In this document: positions 46,831 through 56,203 of the stretch, piece after piece
Layout of the letters: every line of letters starts with the position of its first letter
How positions within the stretch are numbered: position 1 is the first letter of the stretch
Assembly (NCBI GenBank): GCA_963662665.2
Contig: CAXXJS010000040.1
Location: 32,001 to 96,000, forward strand
Source of the DNA: Candidatus Latescibacterota bacterium
GTDB lineage: Bacteria > Latescibacterota > UBA2968 > GCA-2709665
Reading direction: 5' to 3'
DNA: 64,000 nt
The notes under the pieces: model-generated
Database searches by the model: none
Told to the model about the DNA's origin: nothing
Seen by the model: only the letters and a program-made list of their open reading frames with translations
Made by a program: the position numbers and the translations under genes

Positions 46831-49800
46831 CTAGAAGCCGATCCGCACGCCCGCGTTCACGTATCTCGGCGTTCCGCCGCGCCTGAAGTTCGAGTCGCCG
46901 TACTTCAGATAGTTGGTGTCGTTCGGCGTGGGCTTCTTCAGGCCCCATCGGACGTAATTGGACCCCGAAGACGGGTCGTAAAAGGTGTTGAAGAGGTTGA
47001 ATACCTCCACGTACATCGTTGGGGTGGTTGTACCAATCCGGAACGACTTCTGGAAGTTCAGGTCCGTCCGAACGAAAACCGGCCGGTTCCGGGCAGTCTG
47101 TACGCTCGTTCCCGGAAGGGTGATCTGGAATTGCTGCCCGTTGTCCAGCCGCCAGACCACGTTGGCCTGGATGCCGCCCAGAATCTTTGCGCCGCCCACG
47201 TCTCCGCCCGGCCCCCAGTCCATTGGCGTGGACCAGAGGAACTGGAAGGAGGCATTCGTGGTTGGCGGCTGCCCGCGGAACGCGTCCACCTGGCGCCAGA
47301 CGTCCGCGAACCAGAGGTTCTGCATCTCCTGCTTCTCGGATTCGCTCAGGCCGGGATATTCATGCCAGGGACGTATCGCATCGATCCGGTTTGTTCCCCA
47401 CGCCCCGACGAACGTCGTCCCCTCCTGTTGCTTTTTCCGGATCACTTCGTTCGCCCTGTGGCCGATCGTCCGGATTTCTTCGTCGGTCAGACGGACAATT
47501 TCGTCGTTCGCATCGACCGTGAAGTATTTCGAACTGGCAATGTAGTTGGAGTCGGGGTACGTCCAGACCTGAAGCTGGGATCCGCCCGACCAGTTGAAGA
47601 GCGCCCAACTCACGTCCAGCCCAACCCGGAAGGAGAAATTGTGGGAGAAGGCCTTGGTGAAACCGACTTCGATTCCCTTGGTTTCGAGGCGGGCGTTCGG
47701 ACCCCTGTGGCCCACGTAGGCGAGGGTCTGGATGGGATCCTGGAACCGGTGCACGCCACCGGAACCGACCCGCTCGGTCCGGCGGTAGTAGGTGGACAAC
47801 TCCACCACGAAATCGCTGATGAAGTTCCACTCGCCGGTCACCTCGAACTCGGCGGTGTTCGGCAACCCGCCCGGATCCTGGTAACCGCCGTCCAGTCGCC
47901 ACTGACCGCCGCCGATCCAGTTCAGATCGAACCAGACGTCATCCAGTTCGGGGTGGTTCTCGGCGTCGGAAGTGGTCCAGGGCTCCAGCCACAGCAGGGA
48001 AAATTGCGGTGGCTTGTAGTACACGCCGTATGAGTACCGCACGGTGGACCGATCTGTGATCGGATGGGACAGGCCGATCCGCGGCGACAGGCTCGTCATC
48101 GGCCGGGTCTTCGCCAGCGGCACCCGCCCCGTGCGCCAGGCCTTATAGGTTCTCCAGCCCGGCAATGCCTTCATAAAGCCGGACAACGTCCGCTCGGGCC
48201 CGCCCCAGAAGCTGTCGAAGCGCAGGCCGGCGTGCAACACCAGGCCCTGGAACTCCAGCTTCTCGTCCACGTACGCCGCCAGCCGGTTCACCGTATACCG
48301 CTTGCCCGGTTCGCTGTTCCCGGCCATGATCTTGATCGTGGCGTTGGTCGCGCTGGACCGGTTGTAGTCCCAGTTGAGGTTGTTCATATTCTGGAACACG
48401 AACCCGGCCTTGAACAGATTCCGCCGCGTAAGCTGTCCGGTGAAGTCGTACCGGAGGTTGTACCTCTGGTTGTCTTCCACCACGATGCGCCTGCGGTCCC
48501 TGTCTATATTGAATTGACCCAGTTTGTCCCGTCGCCAGGACGTCGTCGTGGAAGGTACGTCTTCGCCCGGATCGGTCTTCGTACCGTAGTATCCCACCTG
48601 GAATTCGTGGAACATCCGGGGGTTGATGCTCTGCGTTCCCGTTACGTAGAAAATCCGGTTGACCCGGTTCTGCTGGTACCCTGTCGTGCCGTTGATGAGG
48701 AAGAGGTTGCCCCCCACCGACCTGTTGGCGTCTCCAAAGAACGTCGGCTCGTTGGACTGGTTGAAGCCCACCTTGACCTTGAGGTTGGGCGACGGGGTAA
48801 AGCTGACTTTTCCGAAGATGCTATGCTGCCGCAGCCCCGTCAGCGTGGGCGCGGGCAGATTCTGTTTGGAGCGGCTGGTCTTCCCGCTCACCACAAAGGT
48901 GGCGTTCTCGCCAAGCGGGCCGGTGACCCAGCCTTCCACGAAGTGCCCGACGGAACCCTCGTAGTCCTGCTTGACGTGGATCTGCTGTCCGGTTTCCGGA
49001 TCTTGCTCGTTCACCCATTCCGGATTGTTCCACTGCAGCCGGTCGCGCCAGTACCCGTTCGCCCCGCCCCGCTGCCCCGGCGTGGCTTCGTACACGTTCG
49101 GACCGCGGTGCCGTTTCCCCGGCAATTCCACCCGAAGGTCCAGGCCGCCGCGGTAAATCCGCGAGCCCTCCCGGCTGATGATGTTTACCACACCCGCGGG
49201 CGACGACGCCTGCGAGGCATCCGCCCCGCCCCTGACCAGCCCCATCTCCCCGACGGCGGTTACCGGCAGGTTCGAGTACTGCCTGGGGGCCGTCTGCTGG
49301 GACGTATCCAGGTTCATCAATTCAATGCCGTCGAAGGTCCAGGTCTGCGCCGCGCGCATCGAATAATAGCTCATGTGACGGATGCGCACGCCGTTGCCCG
49401 GGCTGTCGTTCACGTTCGTGCCCACGGCGTACTGCAGGTGCTCCCGGATCCCTCTGATGATGGGTACCTGTTCGATTTCCTGCGAGGATATCTTCGCCTC
49501 GCTTGAAGTCCGGTCCACCTCCACCAGCGGCCGTTCGGCCCTTACCACGATCTCGGCGGCCTCCAGCGCCGATTCCCGGAGCGTGAAATCGGACACCGTT
49601 GTCAGGCCCGCCGCCACCCTGACCCGCTCCCGCACCACCGCCTCGTAACCCACTATCGATGCCTTCAGGGTGTATAACCCGGGCTCGACACCGATAATGA
49701 CGTAATAGCCTTCGCTGTCGGACGTCGCTCCGAATCGCGTCCCGTCGACCACCACGTTGGCTCCCGGCAAGGCGCCGCCGTCCGGGTCGGTCACCTGTCC

Positions 49801-49893
49801 TGTAATCTTGCCGTAAAAGGTCTGGGACTGCGCCGGCCCCGCCAGCAGGCATAACGCCGCAATTGCGCCCAAAATCGTTAGTCCACGCTTCAT
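46831..49893 (-). CDS. TonB-dependent outer-membrane transporter with N-terminal carboxypeptidase-regulatory-like domain
   Basis: GKITGQVTD..G.ALPGANV, plug GVVNIISREG, LSPRIGLSHPI, EVFNLFN and C-terminal PRYVNAGVRIGF. AAGGAG RBS before MKRG. Confidence 0.92.
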   Translation of the reverse strand: MKRGLTILGAIAALCLLAGPAQSQTFYGKITGQVTDPDGGALPGANVVVDGTRFGATSDSEGYYVIIGVEPGLYTLKASIVGYEAVVRERVRVAAGLTTVSDFTLRESALEAAEIVVRAERPLVEVDRTSSEAKISSQEIEQVPIIRGIREHLQYAVGTNVNDSPGNGVRIRHMSYYSMRAAQTWTFDGIELMNLDTSQQTAPRQYSNLPVTAVGEMGLVRGGADASQASSPAGVVNIISREGSRIYRGGLDLRVELPGKRHRGPNVYEATPGQRGGANGYWRDRLQWNNPEWVNEQDPETGQQIHVKQDYEGSVGHFVEGWVTGPLGENATFVVSGKTSRSKQNLPAPTLTGLRQHSIFGKVSFTPSPNLKVKVGFNQSNEPTFFGDANRSVGGNLFLINGTTGYQQNRVNRIFYVTGTQSINPRMFHEFQVGYYGTKTDPGEDVPSTTTSWRRDKLGQFNIDRDRRRIVVEDNQRYNLRYDFTGQLTRRNLFKAGFVFQNMNNLNWDYNRSSATNATIKIMAGNSEPGKRYTVNRLAAYVDEKLEFQGLVLHAGLRFDSFWGGPERTLSGFMKALPGWRTYKAWRTGRVPLAKTRPMTSLSPRIGLSHPITDRSTVRYSYGVYYKPPQFSLLWLEPWTTSDAENHPELDDVWFDLNWIGGGQWRLDGGYQDPGGLPNTAEFEVTGEWNFISDFVVELSTYYRRTERVGSGGVHRFQDPIQTLAYVGHRGPNARLETKGIEVGFTKAFSHNFSFRVGLDVSWALFNWSGGSQLQVWTYPDSNYIASSKYFTVDANDEIVRLTDEEIRTIGHRANEVIRKKQQEGTTFVGAWGTNRIDAIRPWHEYPGLSESEKQEMQNLWFADVWRQVDAFRGQPPTTNASFQFLWSTPMDWGPGGDVGGAKILGGIQANVVWRLDNGQQFQITLPGTSVQTARNRPVFVRTDLNFQKSFRIGTTTPTMYVEVFNLFNTFYDPSSGSNYVRWGLKKPTPNDTNYLKYGDSNFRRGGTPRYVNAGVRIGF

Positions 49894-50116
49894 ACGCCAA
49901 CTCCTTCGCTGAAGAACCCATCGACCATTCCACCGGTCAACGCCAGGAAACGGGCGCCGCCGGATCGGATATGCGGATGGAAAGCTCAGTGTACGGTCAA
50001 ACCCTCGAATTCGCCTTGTATAGTGATCCTCTCCATAGGCAGTCGTCCTCATTGAAAAACCGGTTAGAGTGGATTCAAGCAATCCTCAATGTCCCGTCAC
50101 GGAAATACGTTGTCTA

Positions 50117-50782
50117 TCACTCACCTGCGCCGAAGTCTCCGGCGAAACCGATAAAGTCCTGAAAGTCTACGGTTCCATCTCCGTTCAGGTCGAATATCGG
50201 ATTGAATTCTGCTTCTCCCCGGGTGCTGCCGAATGCCGCAGCGAAGCTTGAGAAGTCCGCAAAATCGACTTTCCCGTCTGCGTTGAAGTCGGACCGGATT
50301 CGCGATTGCACCGGAACGCTGCTGAAGATTCCAGGGTTACTGAGGGACAGCAACCGGCCCGGCGCCGGGTCGCCGGGCTGCCATGAACCCACAGGATCCC
50401 CGAGTTCCATTCCATTCGTGAATCCGTCCCTGTCCGAGTCGAGCTGCGCCAGGCTGGGGCCCCACGTCACGTTTCCGGAATAACCGGCCTGGGACAGGAA
50501 CCCTCTCTTTACGGTAACGCCGAAGGAATTCAGCGGTCCGCCGCCGCTTGTGTACGTGTGGCAACTCGCGCAGATCCCGTCGCCCTCGTTTATGGCTTCA
50601 TGCGTGGTCTCGGAAAGCGGAATATCCAACCTGGTGGTTGTTCTGCCCCGGTCGACGTGGCATGTGCGGCAGCGGGCCGCGCCGGCGTTTGGGACCTGAA
50701 ACACCCGTTTGGGCCGCGCCTCGGCGCCCCAGCGGACCAGAATTACGACGAGAAGAATGGCAGATGCGATCCGGGAGTTCAT
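50117..50782 (-). CDS. Secreted temptin-like domain protein with two CxxCH motifs and C-terminal EF-hand/dockerin-like repeat
   Basis: CRTCH, CASCH, GGGPLNSFG and DSDRDGFTNGMELGDP motifs. Tail DFNADGKVDFADF...DLNGDGTVDFQDF. Confidence 0.7.
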   Translation of the reverse strand: MNSRIASAILLVVILVRWGAEARPKRVFQVPNAGAARCRTCHVDRGRTTTRLDIPLSETTHEAINEGDGICASCHTYTSGGGPLNSFGVTVKRGFLSQAGYSGNVTWGPSLAQLDSDRDGFTNGMELGDPVGSWQPGDPAPGRLLSLSNPGIFSSVPVQSRIRSDFNADGKVDFADFSSFAAAFGSTRGEAEFNPIFDLNGDGTVDFQDFIGFAGDFGAGE

Positions 50783-51520
50783 TTAACGTATGAAGTACTT
50801 GATTCCGACCATCAGGTTGAAACTGAAAATCGGAAACGTCTTCTTCAGGTCCCAGTCTTCGTAGGGCCTCAATTCGCCCATCGATACGTTCCACCGGACC
50901 CTGAAGTCCACCAGAAATTGATCGGACGTCCGGCGGTAGAAACCCAGCCCCGTGTTGATGGACAGCGCCATGTCCTCGTCCACCGTGGTTTCCACCATGC
51001 CCTGGGAATCCGTCCTGATCTGTTCGCCCACCTGCCCCGGCCAGATCAGACCCGAAACCTCGTGTGTATACTTGAGAAAGCCGATACCGGCCGCGACGTA
51101 GGGAACGCTCTGCCCGGCCTCGTCGGGCTTGAACGTGCGCAAACCGTTGACCACGATGCCTCCGATCCACATACTGGCCTCGGCGCCCGGGCTTTTTACC
51201 GAGGAACCGTTTGCCGCGCCCAGGCCGTTGTGCCAGGTGAACGACCGGTCGGACAATCCGGCGTCGGCAAGTGGCGAGTACGTCACTTCGACTTCCGTCA
51301 TCGTTCTGTCGGACACCTGATACGTCAACTGCCCTACGAACGCCGGCGAGATATTGTACCAACCCTTGAGCGGCCCCGCCGGCCGCAACATGGATCCGTG
51401 GACGCCAAGCGCATAGCGCATCTCCTGTGCGTACGGTGCGGACGTGATGCCGAGTCCGAACAGAATAAACGCGCCCAGGACCGGGACGAGCGCCAATCTG
51501 AGAATGCCCGTTTCTCTCAT
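50783..51520 (-). CDS. Outer-membrane beta-barrel protein (8-stranded OmpA/OmpW-like)
   Basis: Signal peptide, PYVAAGIGF and C-terminal VGIKYF. GGAGG RBS. Confidence 0.75.
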   Translation of the reverse strand: MRETGILRLALVPVLGAFILFGLGITSAPYAQEMRYALGVHGSMLRPAGPLKGWYNISPAFVGQLTYQVSDRTMTEVEVTYSPLADAGLSDRSFTWHNGLGAANGSSVKSPGAEASMWIGGIVVNGLRTFKPDEAGQSVPYVAAGIGFLKYTHEVSGLIWPGQVGEQIRTDSQGMVETTVDEDMALSINTGLGFYRRTSDQFLVDFRVRWNVSMGELRPYEDWDLKKTFPIFSFNLMVGIKYFIR

Positions 51521-51839
51521 AACTTCGGACCTCCTTTACGAACTGCGGCCGTGTTTGACCCGTATGACTGAACTCATAAGGAAGGATTCCAATGTTGATA
51601 AGTCGCCTCAGGAATCCGTGGTCGGCCATCCATGATTCGGACCACCAATACTCAATATAAGTCTCGTTTCGAAAAAAACAAAAAGAAAATTGACTACCTT
51701 TTATTAGTCGGATTTCAGTGGCATGAAATGCGTCTCCGCCTCACGCGGCCATTTGCGTCGCACGCCCGGAAACCTCGCCAGCCGGACATTTTTTGTTTGT
51801 TACGTCCTGGCGTCCGGAAGTATCTTTCGCAAGGGTCCG

Positions 51840-51896
51840 GTGTCCTGTCCCGGGAAATATCCAACCATCCGGCAGCCCGTTGCCAGGACAGCACAC
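51840..51896. mobile_element. Internally deleted MITE-like element, copy 3 (57 bp)
   Basis: GTGTCCTGTCCCGGGAAATATC..ACCAT ... GGACAGCACAC has the same termini as copies 1 and 2. Confidence 0.6.
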
Positions 51897-51939
51897 TCGG
51901 CAAGCCCGGAGGTTTGAAACGCAGGAAAGGACGGATCTG

Positions 51940-53667
51940 ATGAAGCGTCCCGAGGCGTACGTCCGGAAAACGCTTCTATTCATTACGGCGTTCTGCGCTG
52001 CTGCACTGTGCTTCGACTTGAACGTTGAGGCAACGGGAATGCCGCCGGCCGCACGGAAGGCGCTCGAGGCCGGATTGGCGCATGCCGGCGCCGGCCGGCT
52101 GGGAGAAGCTTCGCGGGAATTGGCCCGCGCGGCGGAATTGGCGCCGGAATGGGCGGAGATCTGGCACAACTTCGGCATCCTGAGCGCTCAGATGGGCAGA
52201 CTGGAGAGCGCTTCGGAAATGCTGGAACGCGCCGCCGGCCTTGAACCGGATTACCGGCACACGCACGTTGTCCTGGGAGCCGTCTACCAGCGAATGGGCC
52301 GACTGGCGAAGGCCGAGCGCGCATATCTGCGCGCGGCCCACCTGGCGCCCGACCTGCCGGACGCCCACCGCGCCCTGGGACTCCTCGCAGTTGCACGTAA
52401 CGACCTCGCCGCCGCGGCGGCGGCGTTCCGGCGCGCGGTGGAACTGGCGCCCGGCAGCGCGGAACTTCGGTACAGGCTGGGCGCGGTCGAGTTGAAGAGA
52501 GGCAACGGGACGGAAGGGGAGGCCGCCCTGAAACGCGCGGTGGCCCTGAAACCAGACCTTCTGCCTGCCTGGCTGGAACTGGCGGCCCACTACAAGCGCC
52601 GTCGTCACCTGAACAGGGCGCTTGAAACCTACCGACTCGCCGTGTCCCTGGACCCCGGTTCGTCGACCGCTTGGCAGGGGCTGGGAGACGTTGAAGCCGC
52701 TACGGACAACCCGTCCGCGGCCGCCGACGCCTTCCGCAGGGCCGAGGAGGCGGACGCCTCGAACGTAGACGCGCCGTTTCTGCTGGGCCGGGCGCTACTC
52801 CTGCTCGGACGTGCGAAAGAGGCCGTCCCCGCGTTTCACCGGGCCATCCGGCTGGCGCCCGACTTTGCGGACGCGCGGTCGGCGCTTGCGGAGGCATACG
52901 CCGTTCTCGGGGAGGATCTGAAAGCCGTAGATTCGTACCGTGAGGCCGTCCGGTACGCGCCCGCGCATACAGGCGCCCATTTCGGCATTGGCGACGTTCT
53001 GCTGAGGCTGGGCCGCCTGCCGGAAGCCGAAGCGGCATTCCGGCGTGCAATCGCGCTGGATGCGGAGCATGCCCGGGCACGCTACGGCCTGGGACGCGCC
53101 TGCATCCTTCAGGGACGTACGGAAGAAGGAAGACGGGAACTGGAGGAATTCGAGCGGCTGTCCAGAGAAGGGCACAGGCTGGATGTTCTGGAGCGGGCCG
53201 TACTCCGTCGCCCCGAAGACCCCGAATTACACGATCGCATCGGGCGGATCTACGCTTCCCGGGGCCGTATCAGAGAGGCCGCCGCCGCGTTCGGCCGGGC
53301 CGCGGCGCGGGACAGTACGTTTACGGGGGCGCACGTCCGGCTGGCCGCGGCGGCAGCGGAAGCCGGCGACCTGGATACCGCCGAGCGGGCGCTGAAACGG
53401 GCAATACGGCTCTCCCCGTCGCCGGGCCACTTTCTGGCCCTGGGCGCACTCTACGAGCGCCGGCGGCGGTGGCGGGAGGCTGCGGCCGCGTTCGAGGAGG
53501 CGATTCGACGGGACGCGCACATTCTTGCGGCCCACAGGTCGCTGGCCGCGCTCTACAAGCGGTCGGGGCGCATCGATGAGGCCCGGCAGGCGCTGCGGCG
53601 CGTCCTGGCGCTCGATCCGTCGGATGGAGACGCCGCCGCGGACCTCTCGCGACTTGAAAAAGACTGA
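51940..53667 (+). CDS. Secreted tetratricopeptide repeat protein
   Basis: More than 10 TPR units (A..AF.RA..LAP). GGAAAGGA upstream of ATG 51940. Confidence 0.88.
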   Translation: MKRPEAYVRKTLLFITAFCAAALCFDLNVEATGMPPAARKALEAGLAHAGAGRLGEASRELARAAELAPEWAEIWHNFGILSAQMGRLESASEMLERAAGLEPDYRHTHVVLGAVYQRMGRLAKAERAYLRAAHLAPDLPDAHRALGLLAVARNDLAAAAAAFRRAVELAPGSAELRYRLGAVELKRGNGTEGEAALKRAVALKPDLLPAWLELAAHYKRRRHLNRALETYRLAVSLDPGSSTAWQGLGDVEAATDNPSAAADAFRRAEEADASNVDAPFLLGRALLLLGRAKEAVPAFHRAIRLAPDFADARSALAEAYAVLGEDLKAVDSYREAVRYAPAHTGAHFGIGDVLLRLGRLPEAEAAFRRAIALDAEHARARYGLGRACILQGRTEEGRRELEEFERLSREGHRLDVLERAVLRRPEDPELHDRIGRIYASRGRIREAAAAFGRAAARDSTFTGAHVRLAAAAAEAGDLDTAERALKRAIRLSPSPGHFLALGALYERRRRWREAAAAFEEAIRRDAHILAAHRSLAALYKRSGRIDEARQALRRVLALDPSDGDAAADLSRLEKD

Positions 53668-53686
53668 ACGGCTCCGCCGGACGAGG

Positions 53687-53715
53687 CCGGCGCCCGATTC
53701 CGGAATCGACGCCGG
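53687..53715. terminator. Hairpin between convergent genes
   Basis: CCGGCG-cc-CGATTCCGGAATCG-a-CGCCGG. Confidence 0.45.
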
Positions 53716-54993
53716 TCATCCCTCGGGCGGCGTGAGCCGGCCGTAGAAGACCTCGTTGCTGTTTTGTTGGGACGGCCCCGTCCAGTAACAGTCCACAAAT
53801 GGCTCATGGGTTCCGCCCGCACGCGTAGTGTTCGTAAAAAAGTGCCACAGCCTCGACGGCATTTCCAGCCGTACGGGTTCGCTGATCCGGTCCCACCGGC
53901 CGGCTTCGCCGGCCGCGTACCACACGCCCTCCGCGTTGCCCCGCCCTCCTCGGGTGAGGAAATAGTGAAACCGCCCGTCCGGGTCCTGGTAGACCCGGCC
54001 GCCATTGAAATTGCCAATGCGGAAGTGACTGAACGGCCCGCCAGGATCCCCCACCGCGTGAAAGAGAAAGCTGTTTCCCGGATCCTGGCCCCTCCCCGCC
54101 CATACAGTCGTGGCGGGCTGCCGGTTTTCGTAGTACGTCAGGTGTACCCGCCCCTGCATATCCATCATCAGGTCCTGATGATCGGTCGTCCCTCTGGCCC
54201 TCCCGTCGAACGTATCCGACACATCGCTGATCACCGTCATTCGCCAGTCATCCGGGGTTTTGAACACGTCCGGGCAGTAGTAATAGTAAGCCTTCAGAAC
54301 GGGGTAGATGCCGCGGGGTGTCTCTACGGAACTGATGGCGCCGGTCTCCGGGTCCCTCAGCTTCACCGTCTGGTTGGGATACTGCCCGCCCTCCACAAAA
54401 TAGTCGTCGCTGGAAATCGCATGCGCCTCGGAGCCGTTGAGGACCACGAAGTTGTAGCCGCGGTTCTGCTCGTGCTTCACGCTACCGGAGGCCATTGGGC
54501 GATAGCCGTTCTCCGGGTCCAGCACGTACCACGACATGGTTGGCAGCCCGCCGGCAACGAAGATCCGGCCCGAGGCGTCGATTGACGCGCCGAAACGGCT
54601 GTCGGCCGTGGCGTATTCCTGAATTGTGAATCTTTCAACCTGGCCGGGGGGGTCGAAGATGGCGTGGTAACTCGCGTTTGCGCCCGCAATCACGTGCAAC
54701 CGTCCCGTGCCGTCCACGATCAGGTTGCCGTTCTGCGGCACGGGAGGCATCGGAGGGCTGGCCTCCCACCGCCCGTCGCCCTCGCGCCTGAACACCACCA
54801 GCGACATATCGTCCCTCCAGCTGAGCGCATAGACGTCGTCGCCCGCGCGGACGATGTTGGACTGGTTGTATCCCCAGCAGCTCGCGCCGCTGCCGCCTGT
54901 CTGCAAATACCCCGCCGTGTCCGTAATCATCTCCACGTGGAAACACGGCGCTTCCCGCGGTCCGTAAGTCACGTGGACCCGTTCCTGTTTCAT
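53716..54993 (-). CDS. Hypothetical protein, probable BNR/sialidase-like beta-propeller
   Basis: Repeated D..GR(L/I/V/F)H blades. AAGGAGG RBS and ATGA overlap with oppF. Confidence 0.65.
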   Translation of the reverse strand: MKQERVHVTYGPREAPCFHVEMITDTAGYLQTGGSGASCWGYNQSNIVRAGDDVYALSWRDDMSLVVFRREGDGRWEASPPMPPVPQNGNLIVDGTGRLHVIAGANASYHAIFDPPGQVERFTIQEYATADSRFGASIDASGRIFVAGGLPTMSWYVLDPENGYRPMASGSVKHEQNRGYNFVVLNGSEAHAISSDDYFVEGGQYPNQTVKLRDPETGAISSVETPRGIYPVLKAYYYYCPDVFKTPDDWRMTVISDVSDTFDGRARGTTDHQDLMMDMQGRVHLTYYENRQPATTVWAGRGQDPGNSFLFHAVGDPGGPFSHFRIGNFNGGRVYQDPDGRFHYFLTRGGRGNAEGVWYAAGEAGRWDRISEPVRLEMPSRLWHFFTNTTRAGGTHEPFVDCYWTGPSQQNSNEVFYGRLTPPEG

Positions 54994-55949
54994 CCGGTTC
55001 CTCCTTCCGTAAGAAAACACGCGACGCGATGTCCGGGCTCGATCTGCTTGAGTTCAGGCGACTCCTCGCTGCACCGGTCGATGCGGTAAGGGCATCGCGG
55101 ATGAAACGCACAACCCGTCGGTGGATCCATGGGACTGGGTACCTCCCCCTCAAGGATAATCCGCTTCGTTGGCGCCTCCGGATCCAGCCTGGGCGCCGAC
55201 GCCAGCAGAATCTGCGTGTACGGATGCCGCGGCGATCCATACAGCGCTTCTGTCGGCCCTGTCTCCACCAACCGCCCCAGGTACATCACGCCCACCACGT
55301 CCGACAGGTGTTCCACGACTCTCAGATCGTGCGAAATGAACAGGTACGCCAGGCCGAAGCGGTCCTGCAGAGATTCCAGAAGGTTCAGAATCTGGGCCTG
55401 GATGGAAAGATCCAGTGAGGAAACCGGCTCGTCGCATATCACGAAACCCGGTTTCAACGCCAGCGCCCGGGCGATCGCAACGCGCTGCTGCTGCCCGCCG
55501 GAGAACTCGTGCGGAAACGTGTCCGCCAATCGCCGCCCCACGCCAACCAGGTCAAGCAGCCGGCCAACCTCGTCCTCCCGTTCCCGCTTTGTGCCCACCC
55601 CGTGGATCTTCAGTGCGTCCCCCACGATGGCGCCCACGCTCATCATCGGGTTCAGGGACGCCAGCGGGTCCTGAAAGACAATCTGCATCTGCCGCCGCAG
55701 CGCACGCAGTTCCCTGCCGGAGAGCGAGCGCACGTCCCGGCCTTCGAAATAAACACGTCCCGCGGTGGGCTCGTACAGCCGGAGGACCGCGCGGGCAAGG
55801 GTCGACTTGCCGCTGCCGCTTTCCCCGACCAGGCCGAAGGTCTGGTTCCGGTGGATCCGGAACGTCACCCCGTCCACCGCCTTCACCACGTCCCGGCCCT
55901 GGTAGAAATACATCTTCAGGTCCACAACCCGCAACAACGGTTCCGACAT
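54990..55949 (-). CDS. oppF: Oligo/dipeptide ABC transporter ATP-binding protein (OppF/DppF type)
   Basis: GESGSGKS, FSGGQQQR, DEPVSSLD, HPYT and CAFHPRC motifs. Confidence 0.9.
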   Translation of the reverse strand: MSEPLLRVVDLKMYFYQGRDVVKAVDGVTFRIHRNQTFGLVGESGSGKSTLARAVLRLYEPTAGRVYFEGRDVRSLSGRELRALRRQMQIVFQDPLASLNPMMSVGAIVGDALKIHGVGTKREREDEVGRLLDLVGVGRRLADTFPHEFSGGQQQRVAIARALALKPGFVICDEPVSSLDLSIQAQILNLLESLQDRFGLAYLFISHDLRVVEHLSDVVGVMYLGRLVETGPTEALYGSPRHPYTQILLASAPRLDPEAPTKRIILEGEVPSPMDPPTGCAFHPRCPYRIDRCSEESPELKQIEPGHRVACFLTEGGTG

Positions 55950-56001
55950 AGCCCCGCCCGTGAATGCATCGTCGTTCCGGTATGGAGATCGGGAATAGGT
56001 A

Positions 56002-56030
56002 TTGAAACCCAAATAGACGCGACGTATATT
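56002..56030 (+). promoter_or_regulatory. sigma70 promoter for the lyase-like gene
   Basis: TTGAAA-N17-TATATT. Confidence 0.55.
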
Positions 56031-56203
56031 GGACTTGCAGCCTCGTGCGTTCTGATTTGTTCCCGGCATCCCCCGCACGACGTCGAAAAGTAGGCCCGGG
56101 TACCCCGGGACGCAAGCACAATCAGGGCCTCCGAACCCTGCGGACACACCGGGAGCGACGCGACCGCGTACACACAGCGGATCGATACTGAAAGGATCGT
56201 CTC

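Noticed and set aside
49894-50082. N-terminal extensions in the ORF track for the TBDT (and for oppA, oppF, DegT, rhomboid and the NTase-like gene)
   Set aside because: Downstream ATGs have an RBS, a signal peptide or a family-typical start. Several extensions overlap neighbouring genes.
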